DNA of 64,000 nt, taken from the NCBI GenBank assembly GCA_963708005.1, contig CAVPRY010000006.1:221138-285137 (forward strand). The letters are read 5' to 3'. A program made the translations under genes and the position numbers. Positions 28,488 to 39,364 of this stretch are shown here, in pieces. Origin of the DNA: an uncultured Actinomycetes bacterium (GTDB lineage Bacteria; Actinomycetota; Thermoleophilia; Gaiellales; Gaiellaceae). A model generated the notes under the pieces. The model was not told the DNA's origin. It made no database searches and saw only the letters and a program-made list of their open reading frames with translations. Position 1 is the stretch's first letter, and every line of letters starts with the position of its first letter.

Positions 28488-29634
28488 ATGGAGTTCGAGA
28501 CGCGCGCGATCCACGCCGGGCAGGAGCCCGACCCCGCCACGGGTGCGGTGACGACGCCGATCTACCAGACGTCGACGTTCGCGCAGGAAGCGGTGGGCGT
28601 GCACAAGGGCTACGACTACGCCCGGGTCGCCAACCCCACGCGGACGGCGCTGGAGCAGTGTCTCGCGTCGCTCGAGAATGCGGTGCACGGTCACGCGTTC
28701 GCGTCGGGGCTCGGCGCGGCCACGACGATCATGCACCTGCTCGACCCCGGCGCTCACGTCGTCTGCGTGAACGACGTCTACGGCGGCATGTATCGCATGT
28801 TCTCGCAGGTGTACGAGCCGAAGGGCTTCTCGTTCGCGTACCACTCGCCGGAAGAGCTCTCGACGCGGCCGCGGGAGCACATCGACGAGCGCACGCGCCT
28901 CGTCTGGATCGAGACGCCCACCAACCCTCTCCTCAATGTCGTCGACATCGCCGTGGTCGCCGAGGCGGCGCATGCCGTGGGAGCGGTCGTCGTCGTCGAC
29001 AACACCTTCGCGACGCCATATCTCCAGCAGCCGCTCGAGCTCGGCGCCGACATCTCCGTGCACTCGACGACGAAGTATCTCGGTGGCCACTCCGACGTCG
29101 TGGGGGGATTCGCCGCGACCAACGACCCCACGATCTCCGAGCGGCTGCGCTTTCTGCAGAAGTCGCTCGGCGCGGTGCCGGGGCCCTTCGACTCCTGGCT
29201 CGTCCTGCGGGGCGTGAAGACGCTCGCGGTGCGCATGGACCGCCACTGCGCCAACGCCGCGGCGGTCGCGGCGTTCCTCGGGCGAGCACCCCCGTGTCAC
29301 GTCTGTCCTCTACCCCGGCCTGCCCGACCACCCGAGCCACGAGCTCGCTGCCCGCCAGATGCGCGACTTCGGCGGCATGCTCTCGTTCACGCTCGAGACG
29401 GAGGAGGAGGCAGTCGACCTCGTCGCCCGCACGAAGGTCTGGACGCTGGCGGAGAGCCTCGGCGGCGTCGAGAGCCTGATCGAGCACCCCTACCGCATGA
29501 CCCATGCCTCGACCGCGACCGCGCCGTTCGCAGCGCCGCGCGACCTTGTGCGCCTCTCGGTCGGGATCGAGGCGGTGGAGGACCTCGTCGCCGACCTCGC
29601 GGAGGCGCTCGCCGCCATACCCGCGCGTGCGTGA
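28488..29634 (+). CDS. metB: Cystathionine gamma-synthase/lyase (frameshift near 29280-29310)
   Basis: TRAIHAG, YARVANPT, ETPTNP, DNTFATP, HSTTKYLGGHSD and AESLGGVESL motifs. Confidence 0.85.
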
Positions 29635-29716
29635 GCGTCGTCCTCGCGATCGTGCGCCGTGGGCCGGCGTGGCGGGACGGCGTCGTTCCGTGCGACCAAC
29701 CCGCTGAGGCACGGCC

Positions 29717-30592
29717 GTGGCAGCGCTGAAAGCCGGGCCGCTCGACTTGCGTCAGGGGGGGCACGAGCGCGTGATCGGCTCGTACCTCCTCGAGACCGAC
29801 CACGGCCTGGCGCTGTTCGACTGCGGCCCGACGAGCTGTCTGCCGGCGCTGAGAGAGCGGCTCGCGACAACAGGCGTCGAGGTGAGCGATCTCCGCCACC
29901 TCCTCCTCTCGCATATCCACCTCGACCACGCCGGCGCAGCCGGAGCGCTCGTTCGGGAGCAGCCGGAGCTCGAGGTGCACGTCTCCGAGCTCGGGGCGCC
30001 GCACCTGATCGACCCCGCACGGCTGGAGGCGAGCGCGCGCCGTCTCTACGGCGACGCGTTCGACGCGCTGTGGGGTGAGCTCGTGCCGGTGCCCGAACGC
30101 AACGTGCGGGTCGTCGGCGACGACGTGCTCGGGCTCGCGTGCTTCCCCACACCGGGCCACGCACGCAATCACGTCTCGTTCCTCGACGAGGAAGGCATCC
30201 TGTATGCAGGCGACGCGGCGGGCGTGCGGCTGGCCCCCGCCCGGTTCGTCTTTCCGCCGCTGCCGCCGCCCGAGGTCGACCTCGAAGCGTGGGAACGCAC
30301 GATCGCCGAGATGGAGCGGCGAACGCCTGCCCGGCTGGCGCTCGTGCACTTCGGCCTCTTCGACGACGTGGCCGGGCATCTCGAGCGGCTGCGCGAGACC
30401 ATGCGGCGCTGGGCGGACTGGGTCGGCCACGGAATGGACGAGCCCACCTTCTCCGCTGCAGCACGCGCCGACCTCGCACACTCCGATCCGACGGAGGCCG
30501 ACGCCTACGCGCGTGCCGCCCCTTTCTGGCACTGCCACGCGGGGCTGGAGCGCTACTGGCGCAAGCGCGCCGAGGCGGAAGCCCGCACATGA
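29717..30592 (+). CDS. MBL-fold metallo-hydrolase
   Basis: SHIHLDHAG, TPGHA.NH, AGDA and HFG motifs. Confidence 0.9.
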   Translation: MAALKAGPLDLRQGGHERVIGSYLLETDHGLALFDCGPTSCLPALRERLATTGVEVSDLRHLLLSHIHLDHAGAAGALVREQPELEVHVSELGAPHLIDPARLEASARRLYGDAFDALWGELVPVPERNVRVVGDDVLGLACFPTPGHARNHVSFLDEEGILYAGDAAGVRLAPARFVFPPLPPPEVDLEAWERTIAEMERRTPARLALVHFGLFDDVAGHLERLRETMRRWADWVGHGMDEPTFSAAARADLAHSDPTEADAYARAAPFWHCHAGLERYWRKRAEAEART

Positions 30593-31353
30593 CGCGCGAG
30601 GAGCGGGTCGCGGTCGACGCGTACCGCGCGCTCTACCCCGACGCGGTGGAGGTCGGCGGAGCGGTCGTGATGCGGGCGCCGGTCGCCGTGGAGTCGCCGA
30701 TGCTGAATCGCATCGTCGGGCTCGGAGTCGACCGGTCGGCGACCGAGGTGGACGTCGACGATGCACTGGCGAGCATGGGCGACGACGTGACCTGCTACGT
30801 CGCCGTCGCCCCGGATGCGCGCCCCGCGGAGCTTCCGACATGGCTCGCTGCCCGCGGTCTCGAGCCAGGCTGGGGCTGGATGTTCTTTCGCCGACCGGTC
30901 GGCCAGCCCGCGCCGGTGGCGACGAGTCTTCGACTCGTCCAGGTGGTGACGCCCGACGAGGCCGATGCGTTCGGCGACGTGGTGTCCGTGGGCTACGGCC
31001 TCCCGGCGGCGACGAAGCCCTGGGTGGCAAGCGCGCCGGATCGCGGGTGGACCTGCTGGCTCGCGCTCGACGGCGACGAGCCCGCCGCCGCGGCGGCGCT
31101 GTACGTGCTCGACGGCGCCGGATATCTCGGCTTCGCCGCGACGCTGCCGGAGCACCGTCGCCAGGGAGCCCAGGGCGGGCTGCTCGCGGTACGGATCGAG
31201 CAGGCCCGAGAGCTGGGTTGCGACATCCTGGTGACGGAGACCGGCGAGCTCCGCGAGGGCCTACCGAGCAACTCGTACCGCAACATCCTGCGGGCCGGGT
31301 TCGAGGAGCTCGCGGTGACCGCGAACTGGCTGCGACCCGCGCGCCCCGCCTGA
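30589..31353 (+). CDS. GNAT family N-acetyltransferase
   Basis: ATLPEHRRQGAQ...SYRNILRAGF; ATGA overlap. Confidence 0.85.
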   Translation: MTREERVAVDAYRALYPDAVEVGGAVVMRAPVAVESPMLNRIVGLGVDRSATEVDVDDALASMGDDVTCYVAVAPDARPAELPTWLAARGLEPGWGWMFFRRPVGQPAPVATSLRLVQVVTPDEADAFGDVVSVGYGLPAATKPWVASAPDRGWTCWLALDGDEPAAAAALYVLDGAGYLGFAATLPEHRRQGAQGGLLAVRIEQARELGCDILVTETGELREGLPSNSYRNILRAGFEELAVTANWLRPARPA

Positions 31354-31386
31354 CGCCGAACCGCGGCAGGGCTAGCTCGTTCTCCG

Positions 31387-31767
31387 CTACGCAGCGCCGT
31401 CGACGGCGTGCGCGCGCAGATCGGCGAGCGAGGCGAACTCGACTGCGGAGGCGTGTGTGGAAGCCAGCACGACGGGGGGAGCGGCACCAGCCTCGAGCGC
31501 CTCGGCCCAGCGGGAGGCACACAGGCACCACCGGTCACCGGGCACGAGCCCGGGAAAGCCCCACTCCGGCTGGGGGGTGGAGAGGTCATTGCCGACCGAG
31601 GCCGAGAAGGCGAGGAAGTCCTCGGTCAACTCCGCGCACACGACGTGGACGCCCACGTCGGCTGCGCCCGTGCGGCAGAAGCCGTCGCGATAGAACCCGG
31701 TCACCGGGTCGAAGCAACACGGCTCCAGCTCACCGCCGAGCACATTGCGCCCACCGGGGTCGTCCAC
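31387..31767 (-). CDS. DUF2237 family protein
   Basis: NVLG.ELEPC...TGFYRDGFC...GNDLSTP...GDRWCLCASRW. Confidence 0.9.
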   Translation of the reverse strand: MDDPGGRNVLGGELEPCCFDPVTGFYRDGFCRTGAADVGVHVVCAELTEDFLAFSASVGNDLSTPQPEWGFPGLVPGDRWCLCASRWAEALEAGAAPPVVLASTHASAVEFASLADLRAHAVDGAA

Positions 31768-31792
31768 GGCGCCAGACTACCTCGGCCGCTCG

Positions 31793-32308
31793 TCACCGGT
31801 CCCAGACGACGCGCCAGACTCGTTCGCCCTCGGCCAAGTCCTCGGTGGGCCGAAGTTCGGCCCGCGCAGCCACCACCTCCGAGGCGCGATGTCCGGGATG
31901 GATGTGCGCGACGACCTCGTCCACGCTGCGCTTCCTCAGGCAGTCCACGAGGGCGCGAGCCGCCTCCGTTGCGAATCCGCGGTTCTGCCAATCAACACCG
32001 ACGACCCAGGCAACCCAGGCCCTCGCCCGGCCTTCGCGGACGGCGATGGTGGCCTGGATGCCCACCGGCCGCGAGTCGGCGCGGAGGCGAGCGACCCAGT
32101 TGAGCCACACCTCGGCGGGATAGGAGGCGCCTGCGACGAGCCGCGCGTAGCGCTGGCGCAACTCGGGGAGAGTCGCCGGCCGGCCCCCGTGAACTCGTGC
32201 AGCCGCTCGTCGTCGAGCAGCGCGACCAGTTCGTCCGCGACGTCGATGCGCAGTGGTTCGAGCCGGAGGCGCTTCGTCGTGATCGTTGCGTACGCCGGGG
32301 CTCCTCAT
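31793..32308 (-). CDS. RimJ/RimL-type GNAT acetyltransferase (apparent frameshifts in the 5' part)
   Basis: ITTKRLRLEPL...LHEFTG in one frame, then WLNW...QATI...WQNRGFATEAA...AHIHPGH.AS in another. Confidence 0.75.
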   Translation of the reverse strand: MRSPGVRNDHDEAPPARTTAHRRRGRTGRAARRRAAARVHGGRPATLPELRQRYARLVAGASYPAEVWLNWVARLRADSRPVGIQATIAVREGRARAWVAWVVGVDWQNRGFATEAARALVDCLRKRSVDEVVAHIHPGHRASEVVAARAELRPTEDLAEGERVWRVVWDR

Positions 32309-33610
32309 GCGAACCCGGTGACGAGCCAGCGGCGGCGCCGGAACCGCAACCCCATCGTCACGAGCCGCACCCCGATCAGCACCACGAGCGCCGCCCAGAC
32401 GCCCTGCACGCCCCAGTCTTCCAACAGCGTGAGCGCCAGCACCGCGGCGCAGCAGGCGAACGCCACCACCATCGAGGCGGCGATGAACGGCCCGTCGCTC
32501 GCGCCGATCAGGATCCCGTCGAGCGCGAACACGGCCCCGTTGAGCGGCTGCATGAGCGCGAAGAGCGGCCACAGGAGCGCGCATTGCGCGAGCACCTCGG
32601 CGTCGGTGGTGAAGATGCGCGGGATCGCGTCCTGCAGAAGCAGCAGGAGAACCGCGAACGCCGTCCCCGTCGCCACGGAGAGTCCGATCATGCGGACGCT
32701 GGCGTCGTAGGCGCGGTCCGGTCGGCCGGCCCCGAGCTCGCGCCCGACGATGATCTGCCCGGCGATCGCGATCGCGTCGAGCACGAGCGCGAGGAAGATC
32801 CAGAGCTGGAAGGCGATCTGGTACGCGGCGAGCGGCGCGTCCCCGAAGCGCGCCACGACGGCGCCCGCGAGCAGGAAGGCGCACATCAGCGCCACGGTGC
32901 GCGCGAAGATGAACTTGCCGAGCGAGAGCAGCCGCCGCGCGAGCGCAGGACGCGGCGCCGCGTTGCGACGCCCGACGCGCCGCAGGATCGCCCACGCCAT
33001 CGCCGAGGCCCATCCCGGTCTGCGCGATCGCCGTCCCCCACGCCGAGCCCTCGATCCCCCAGTCGAAGCCGTAGACGAACAGCACCTCGAGCACGACGTT
33101 GACGACGTTGCCGGCGATCACGATCACGAGCGGCGGTGCGCAGGTCGGCGACGCCGCGCAGGAAGCCCTGGCCGCCGATCGCCAGGAACGCCGAGGGGAT
33201 GCCGAGCGCCACGATGCGCAGGTACGTGACCGCATACTCGGCCGTCTGCCCCTCGGCACCGATCAGCGAGACGATCGGCGCTGCGAGCCCTGCGACCAGG
33301 ACTGCGAGCACGATCCCGAAGGCGAGCGACAGCCAGAGTGCCTGGGCGCCCAGCTGTGCGCGCCGTCGTCGTCCTCCCCCGCGCCGGTTGCACGGGCCAC
33401 CTGGGCGGTCGTCCCGTACTGGAGGAAGTTGAACATGGCGAGTACGGAGAGCGCGGTCGCGGCCACGCCGAGGGCGGCGAGCTGCGACCGCCCGAGGTGC
33501 CCCACGATCGCGGTGTCGACGAGGATGTAGAGCGGCTCGGCAGCCAGGGCTCCCAGGGCCGGGAGGGCCAGCCGGAAGATCTCCCGGTCGTACCGTGAGC
33601 GCAGCTGCAT
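32305..33610 (-). CDS. MATE (DinF-like) efflux transporter, several frameshifts
   Basis: LALPALGALAAEPLYILVDTAIVGHLG, NFLQYGTT, LDAIAIAGQ and FALDGILIGA pieces across frames. Confidence 0.88.
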
Positions 33611-33653
33611 GCGGGTTAGGCTAAGGATCGATTTTGCGCGGCGCTCGCGACCT

Positions 33654-33929
33654 TCCCGGCCGCGAAGCGGCCGGTTTCAGGGGTGTCCGCGCCACTCGGG
33701 ATCCGCGCCAACGGAGCCCGAGTCCTGCGCCTAACGGAGAGGCGGCTCGACACGAGCCTCCCGGCCGCGAAGCGGCCGGCTTCAGGGATGTCCGCGCCAC
33801 TCGGGATCCGCGCCAACGGAGCCCGAGTCCTGCGCCCAACGGAGAGGCGGCTCGACACGAGCCTCCCGGCTTCAAGAATGTCCGCGGCACTCGGGATCCG
33901 CGGGAGCGGAGCCCGAGTCCTGCGCCTAA
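33654..33929. repeat. About 2.6 tandem copies of a 105-bp multi-hairpin repeat
   Basis: Units start at 33654, 33759 and 33864; each has CCGGCCGC-GAA-GCGGCCGG (deleted in copy 3), ACTCGGG-TCCG..CGGA-CCCGAGT and GGCTCG-ACA-CGAGCC (absent from the truncated copy 3). Confidence 0.9.
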
Positions 33930-34667
33930 TTGACGGCCTCGCTGCGGCGCACCACGCGCGCCCCGCTCGACTGCTGCAGCGCCTTGACCACGATCTCGTC
34001 GAGGTTCACGTGCAACGGTCGCGTGAGGGCGAACATCACGCAGTCCGCCACCTCGTCGGGCGTGACGGGATCGACCCCCTCGTAGACCGAGTCCGCCTTC
34101 GCCTCGTCGCCGCGGAACCGGACGACCGAGAACTCGGTCTCCACGAGGCCCGCGTCGACGGTCGTGATGCGGATCGGCCGTCCGAGCAGGTCCTCGCGCA
34201 GCGCGTAGACGAACCCTCGCAGGGCGAACTTGGACGTCGACGTACGACGCTCCGTTCGGGTAGGCCTGACGGCCGGCGATCGAGCCCATGAAGACGATGT
34301 GGCCCGCGTCCCGGATGTGCGGGAGACAGAGGCGCGTCATGCGCAGGACGCCGTCGACGTTGGTGTGCAGGACGGCGCCTCGTCCTCTGCCGTCGACTCC
34401 GTGAACGGGTCGCGGCCGAGCGCGAGGCCGGCGTTGTTGAAGAGGATGTCGACGCCGCCGAGCTCCGCCACCGCAGCTTCCACGAACGAGCGTGCGCTCG
34501 CCTCGTCGGTGACGTCGAGTGGCAGCGCCACGTCGGCCTCGACGCGCTCCACGCGGCGAGCGCCTCCGACCACGCGCACGCCGGCGTCGCGCAGCTTGCC
34601 GCGCCGTCGAGGCGCCGATGCCGGAGGAGGCACCCGTGACGATCGCCGTCTTGCCGGCCAGCTCCAC
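33926..34667 (-). CDS. YdfG-like SDR oxidoreductase, several frameshifts
   Basis: TGASSGIG, NNAGLALG, GSIAG, Y...K and GLVETEFSVVRFRGD motifs. Confidence 0.85.
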
Positions 34668-34758
34668 GGGAATGAGCCTACCGCGGCACGGGCCGTAAGG
34701 CTCCTATCACTCGGACGGGGGATTCGCGGCCTCCGAGGCGGCAAGAGAATCGAAGGAG

Positions 34759-35391
34759 ATGACTGCAGACACCCGCACCGCCACGTCCGAGGTCGTCTCC
34801 GACGACCCCCTCTCTCGCCTCGCCGACGCGATCCGCGAGACGCTCCCGGGCGATCCCGGCGAGGCCCTGCTGGCCCGCGTCGCGGAGATCATCGCCGAGC
34901 CACTCTCGGACGAGCTCGAGGAGCTAGCGCTCGAGAACGCCCGCCTGCACGAGGAGCTCGCCCAGACCGCCGCCACCGATCAGCTCACGGGGCTCCGCAA
35001 CCGGCGCCGCTTCTTCGAGGACCTGCGCCGAGAATTCGCCTCGGCCCGCCGTTACGGCACGCCGCTCTCACTGGTCGTGCTCGCGGTGGACGACTTGAAG
35101 GACGTCAACGCCGAGCAGGGGCTCGCAGCAGGCGACGAGTTGATGCGGACGCTCGCCGAAACCCTGCTGACCCAGCTGCGCGTCACGGACATCTCGGCGC
35201 GCATCGGGGACGCCGATCTCGCCGTGATCCTCCCTCAGACCCCGGTGGAAGGCGCACGCCGCGTCGCGGAGCGACTCGGCGTCGCCCTGCCCGCTTCCGT
35301 CTCGGCCGGAGCTGCAGGGCTCAGCGCAGAGGTCACGTCGGCCGCGGAGCTAGTCGAGCGCGCCGGCCGCGACCTGGACTCTCACCGCTAG
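34759..35391 (+). CDS. GGDEF-domain protein with a degenerate active site
   Basis: Coiled coil, then TDQLTGLRNRR; the signature reads RIGDADL rather than RxGG(D/E)EF. Confidence 0.85.
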   Translation: MTADTRTATSEVVSDDPLSRLADAIRETLPGDPGEALLARVAEIIAEPLSDELEELALENARLHEELAQTAATDQLTGLRNRRRFFEDLRREFASARRYGTPLSLVVLAVDDLKDVNAEQGLAAGDELMRTLAETLLTQLRVTDISARIGDADLAVILPQTPVEGARRVAERLGVALPASVSAGAAGLSAEVTSAAELVERAGRDLDSHR

Positions 35392-35411
35392 CGCGCAAGC
35401 CCGGCGACGGT

Positions 35412-35876
35412 CTACTCGACCGACGCCACGACGACGCGGTCGATCGTCACGGGCTGCACAGGCCGGTCGCGTGCATCGCGCTCGACCGCGGAGATGCGGT
35501 CGACGACGTCCTGACCCGCGAGGACCCGGCCGAAGACCGTGTGGCGGCCGTCGAGCCACGAGCACTCCTCGGCGGTGACGATGAAGAACTGGGAGCCGTT
35601 CGTGTTCGGACCGGCATTCGCCATCGCGAGGGCGCCGCGATCGACCTTGTGCGCGTTGATCTCGTCCTCGAACTGGTAGCCCGGGCCTCCCGTGCCGTCA
35701 CCCTTGGGGCACCCGGCCTGCACCATGAAGTCGGGGATCACGCGATGGAAGGTGATGCCGTCGTAGAAGCCGTCGCCGGCGAGCTTGGTGAAGTTGTCGA
35801 CCGTTCTCGGAGCGTCGTCGGGGTACAGCTCGACCTCGACCGGCCCCTCGCTGGTGTGGAGAGTTGCCTGCGTCAT
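35412..35876 (-). CDS. Cyclophilin-type peptidyl-prolyl isomerase
   Basis: FHRVIPDFMVQAG, GTGGPGY, AMANAGPNTNGSQFFI and HTVFG motifs. Confidence 0.95.
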   Translation of the reverse strand: MTQATLHTSEGPVEVELYPDDAPRTVDNFTKLAGDGFYDGITFHRVIPDFMVQAGCPKGDGTGGPGYQFEDEINAHKVDRGALAMANAGPNTNGSQFFIVTAEECSWLDGRHTVFGRVLAGQDVVDRISAVERDARDRPVQPVTIDRVVVASVE

Positions 35877-35978
35877 GCCGATGACGCTAGCAGTGACTTC
35901 GACGCCTCAGACGACCACCCCGGCACTTAACATCCCGCCAACAACTGCTCTGACATGCCATGCGTAGACTGAGACACC

Positions 35979-38447
35979 ATGGCGACCGCTGAAGCCCCGA
36001 TCGGCGCACTGCCGCAGGGTGAAGCCTCCCAGGAGCTGGCGCGCAGCTGGCGTCGGCTGACGCGCTCCGCGACCATCGTCGCCGTCCTCACGAGCCCCGC
36101 GCTCTACATCTTCCTCAAGCAGCAGAACGGCTGGAATTGGTGGGAGACGGCGCTCGCCACGTTCGGCATCCTCGTCGTCTTCCGCGGCTTCGTCGACCTG
36201 CTCTTCCACCGCATGATCCCGTGGCCGAGCCTGTTCGGGCTCGAGAGCCAGCGACTGCGCGAGGAGGACGTGGTGAGCCATCGCCGCGCGTGGTTCTGGC
36301 GGTTCTGGTTCAAGATCGCCGTCCTCTTCATCGTCATCGTCACGACCATCTGGATCTTCCAGGGCGGGACCTGGTGGGGCGCCGCGGGCTCGATCTTCTC
36401 GGGCCTCGGCAACATCCTCAGCTCCCCACAGCTCTGGCTACAGGTCGTCTTCGTCTTCTTCCTCTTCATCGCCAACTTCGGCATCCTCTTCGGCCCGCTG
36501 CTCGCCATGAACCTCAGCCAGGTGCGCGGTTTCGAGCCGGGCGACGCCGAGTGGGGCGTGAAGCTCGAGGACGTGCGCGGCCAGCTCGAGGCGAAAGAAG
36601 AGGTACGCCGCGTCGTCTCCATCTGGCAGTCGGGCGAGCAGTTCGAGCGCGCAGGCGGCAAGCGCGAGCGGGGTCTGCTCTTCTTCGGCCCCCCCGGTAC
36701 CGGTAAGACGATGCTGGCGAAGGCGATCGCCACCGGGTTCAACTCGCCGTTCGTCTCCATTCCGGGCTCGGGCTTTGCCGCGACGTTCATCGGCATCGAC
36801 GCCATCGTCGTCCGCTACGTGGCGTGGAAGGCGAAGCGCATGGCCCGCAAGTGGGGTGGTCAGTGCATCGTCTTCATCGACGAGATCGACGCCGTCGGCA
36901 TGCGAAGGCAGGCGCTCGGTGGGGGCGACGTCGGCGGGGCGACCACAGCGGCGCCGCTGATGTCCCTGGACCCCGACGCCGACCTGTTCTTCGGCCCGTG
37001 GGGCGCACGCAACCCCTCCGGCGACGTGATCCGCGAGACGCAGGCCTGGCAGGACCGCCTCTTCGAGGCACGGGCGCCGCAGTCGATCGGGATCAACGGC
37101 TTCCAGGCGAGCATGATGCGGCTCTACAACTTCATGTTCCCGGGCGGTATGGGAGGCGGCATGGGCGGCATGGCGCTCAACCAGCTGCTCGTGGTGATGG
37201 ACGGCATCGACAACCCGCCGTTCATGCGGCGCGTGATCACCAACCGGACGAACACGTTGCTCGACGCGATCTACATCGTCCCGCGACGCGTCAAGAACCG
37301 CTCGCTCCGGATGCCGGCGCCGCGTCCGCGCAAGGAGCAGATCTACTTCATCGGCGCCACGAACGTGCCCATCGACCGGCTCGATCCGGCTCTGATCCGG
37401 CCTGGGCGCATGGGCCGGCACGTCTGGTTCCGAACGCCGACGAAGCAGGACCGGCTCGACATCCTCGACCTCTACATCGGCAAGGTGGCGCACGACGCCG
37501 CGCTCGACACGCCCAAGAAGCGCGACGAGATCGCCCGCATCACCGGTGGCTACTCGCCCGCGATGATCGAGCAGGTCACGTCGATGGCGTTGACGAAGGC
37601 ACATCACTCCGGTCGCGAGGAGTTCGTCTGGGAGGATCTCGTCGAATCGCTCACCACGCTCGAGTCGGGCAGCGCAGTCGGCATCGAGAAGGTCCAGAAG
37701 GAGCTCTACTCGGTCGCCGTCCACGAAGCCGGCCACGCGATCGCGGGTCATGTCTACCTGCCGGACCACGAGTCCACCCGCCTCTCGGTGCGCATGCGCG
37801 GCAACTCGCACGGGCATCATCAGGCACGCTCGAAGGACGAGCGCTTCATCCGCTTCCAGAGCGAGCAGTTCGCAGACATCGTCTGGGGGCTCGGCGCCAT
37901 GGCCGCGGAGCGCGTCTTCTTCGGCGAGAACACCCAGGGGGTCGGAGGCGACGTCTACTCGGCGACGTACGACGCGGCGCAGATGGTGGGCGGCTGGGCG
38001 ATGGGCCCGGAGCCGTTCGAGGTGACGCCGCTCGAGGGGGAGACGGAGGAGCAGGCGCGGCAGCGTGTGCTCGAGCGCTTCGAGGCGATCGGCCTGCAGA
38101 TCATGAATCGCATGGGCGGCGGCCCGATGGCCCAGGATCCGGTTTCGAGCGCCCTTTCCGATCCCACGAAGCGGCGCTCCGGAGCGCAGATCCTGGGTCA
38201 GGCGTACGTTGCGGCGCACAACCTCGCCACGCACAACCGGCAGGCCATCGAGTGGGTCGCCCAGGCCGTCGCGGACAAGAAGGAGATCTTCGGTGACGAT
38301 CTCGTGAGCCTGCTCGAGGCGCAGCAGATCACGATTCCCACGGTCGACTACAACGACGAGGCATCGTGGCCGGCGCCGTTCTTCTCCGCCTCGCGGCCGC
38401 AACGCCCCGCGATCGAGGCACCGACGAACGGGCGACCCGTCACGTGA
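35979..38447 (+). CDS. Atypical FtsH-like membrane AAA+ zinc metalloprotease
   Basis: About four N-terminal hydrophobic helices; GPPGTGKT, FIDEID, ATN..DRLDPALIRPGR and HEAGH motifs; 822 aa. Confidence 0.85.
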   Translation: MATAEAPIGALPQGEASQELARSWRRLTRSATIVAVLTSPALYIFLKQQNGWNWWETALATFGILVVFRGFVDLLFHRMIPWPSLFGLESQRLREEDVVSHRRAWFWRFWFKIAVLFIVIVTTIWIFQGGTWWGAAGSIFSGLGNILSSPQLWLQVVFVFFLFIANFGILFGPLLAMNLSQVRGFEPGDAEWGVKLEDVRGQLEAKEEVRRVVSIWQSGEQFERAGGKRERGLLFFGPPGTGKTMLAKAIATGFNSPFVSIPGSGFAATFIGIDAIVVRYVAWKAKRMARKWGGQCIVFIDEIDAVGMRRQALGGGDVGGATTAAPLMSLDPDADLFFGPWGARNPSGDVIRETQAWQDRLFEARAPQSIGINGFQASMMRLYNFMFPGGMGGGMGGMALNQLLVVMDGIDNPPFMRRVITNRTNTLLDAIYIVPRRVKNRSLRMPAPRPRKEQIYFIGATNVPIDRLDPALIRPGRMGRHVWFRTPTKQDRLDILDLYIGKVAHDAALDTPKKRDEIARITGGYSPAMIEQVTSMALTKAHHSGREEFVWEDLVESLTTLESGSAVGIEKVQKELYSVAVHEAGHAIAGHVYLPDHESTRLSVRMRGNSHGHHQARSKDERFIRFQSEQFADIVWGLGAMAAERVFFGENTQGVGGDVYSATYDAAQMVGGWAMGPEPFEVTPLEGETEEQARQRVLERFEAIGLQIMNRMGGGPMAQDPVSSALSDPTKRRSGAQILGQAYVAAHNLATHNRQAIEWVAQAVADKKEIFGDDLVSLLEAQQITIPTVDYNDEASWPAPFFSASRPQRPAIEAPTNGRPVT

Positions 38448-39319
38448 GCGAGAACGTGCTCGAGCCGCCGGTCAACCCTTCTCTACCGGCAGCCCAGACA
38501 GAGGAGCAGCCGCTGGTAGCGCACGCGCCCAGCCGCCAGGACGAAGCGCGCCGGAAGGGCTATCGCTCCCGCTTCGTCTGGATCTACGTCGTGCTCGGCG
38601 TGCTGACAGGAGTTGGCATCGCTGCCTTCGTCGTCCTGCTCGCGAAGCCGGACGCAGCGCCGGCCGCGAAGTGGTCGGTATGGGCGCCGACCGGCAGCGA
38701 CGACGCCAAGGTTCGCCAGGTTGCTGCCCACGTGGCCAACCGGTATCGGCTGAAGAACGGCCAGCAGCTCGTGACCGCGCTCGTGGGTCCCCCGCGGGTC
38801 TCCGGCGGCGCCGAGACGGGCGAGCTTCCCGTCCGCGCCATCGCCATCCGCCCCGACACCTCGACCGGCAAGGCCGAGGACAACGACATCCAGATCGTCG
38901 ACACCGGCAGCAGCCTCCTCTACATCCTGTGCGGCCTGGGCCAGAACTGCTCCATCCCGACGGGCAAGGCGTCGGAGGAGCGCCACGCGCTGCTGCGGCG
39001 CCAGGCGCTCGAGCTCTCCCTCCTGACGTTCAAGTACCGGCCAGATATCGACTCCGTCACCGTCTTCCTCCCGCCGCGACCCGACGGCCAGGCTCCGCCG
39101 ACCGCGGTCTTCCTCAAGCGGGGCGACGTGAAGGACGAGCTCTCGCGCCCGCTCAACAAGACCTTGAACCCGGTCACGCCCAGGATCGGCGAGATGAAGG
39201 GCGCCGACCTCGCCAACGTCAACCGCCTGACGCGGCCGAACGTGTACCAGTACGAGTACCAGCTGGCGCAGGACGGGAGCGCGATCCTCGTGCTCGATCC
39301 GGTGCCGCTCGGCGCCTGA
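38444..39319 (+). CDS. Hypothetical single-pass membrane protein
   Basis: GTGA overlap with the FtsH-like gene; FVWIYVVLGVLTGVGIAAFVVLL; CGLGQNC in the C-terminal domain. Confidence 0.78.
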   Translation: MSENVLEPPVNPSLPAAQTEEQPLVAHAPSRQDEARRKGYRSRFVWIYVVLGVLTGVGIAAFVVLLAKPDAAPAAKWSVWAPTGSDDAKVRQVAAHVANRYRLKNGQQLVTALVGPPRVSGGAETGELPVRAIAIRPDTSTGKAEDNDIQIVDTGSSLLYILCGLGQNCSIPTGKASEERHALLRRQALELSLLTFKYRPDIDSVTVFLPPRPDGQAPPTAVFLKRGDVKDELSRPLNKTLNPVTPRIGEMKGADLANVNRLTRPNVYQYEYQLAQDGSAILVLDPVPLGA

Positions 39320-39364
39320 CCGCCGCCGCGCTCCCCCCGCGCCGGCCTTCCAGGTACCAGACTA

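Noticed and set aside
29631-29729. Short ORF VSVVLAIVRRGPAWRDG... resembling a YCII-like N-terminus
   Set aside because: Only 32 codons; too little to support a call.
33654-33929. CRISPR array
   Set aside because: Units are 105 bp and nearly identical throughout, with no unique spacers and no cas genes in the window.
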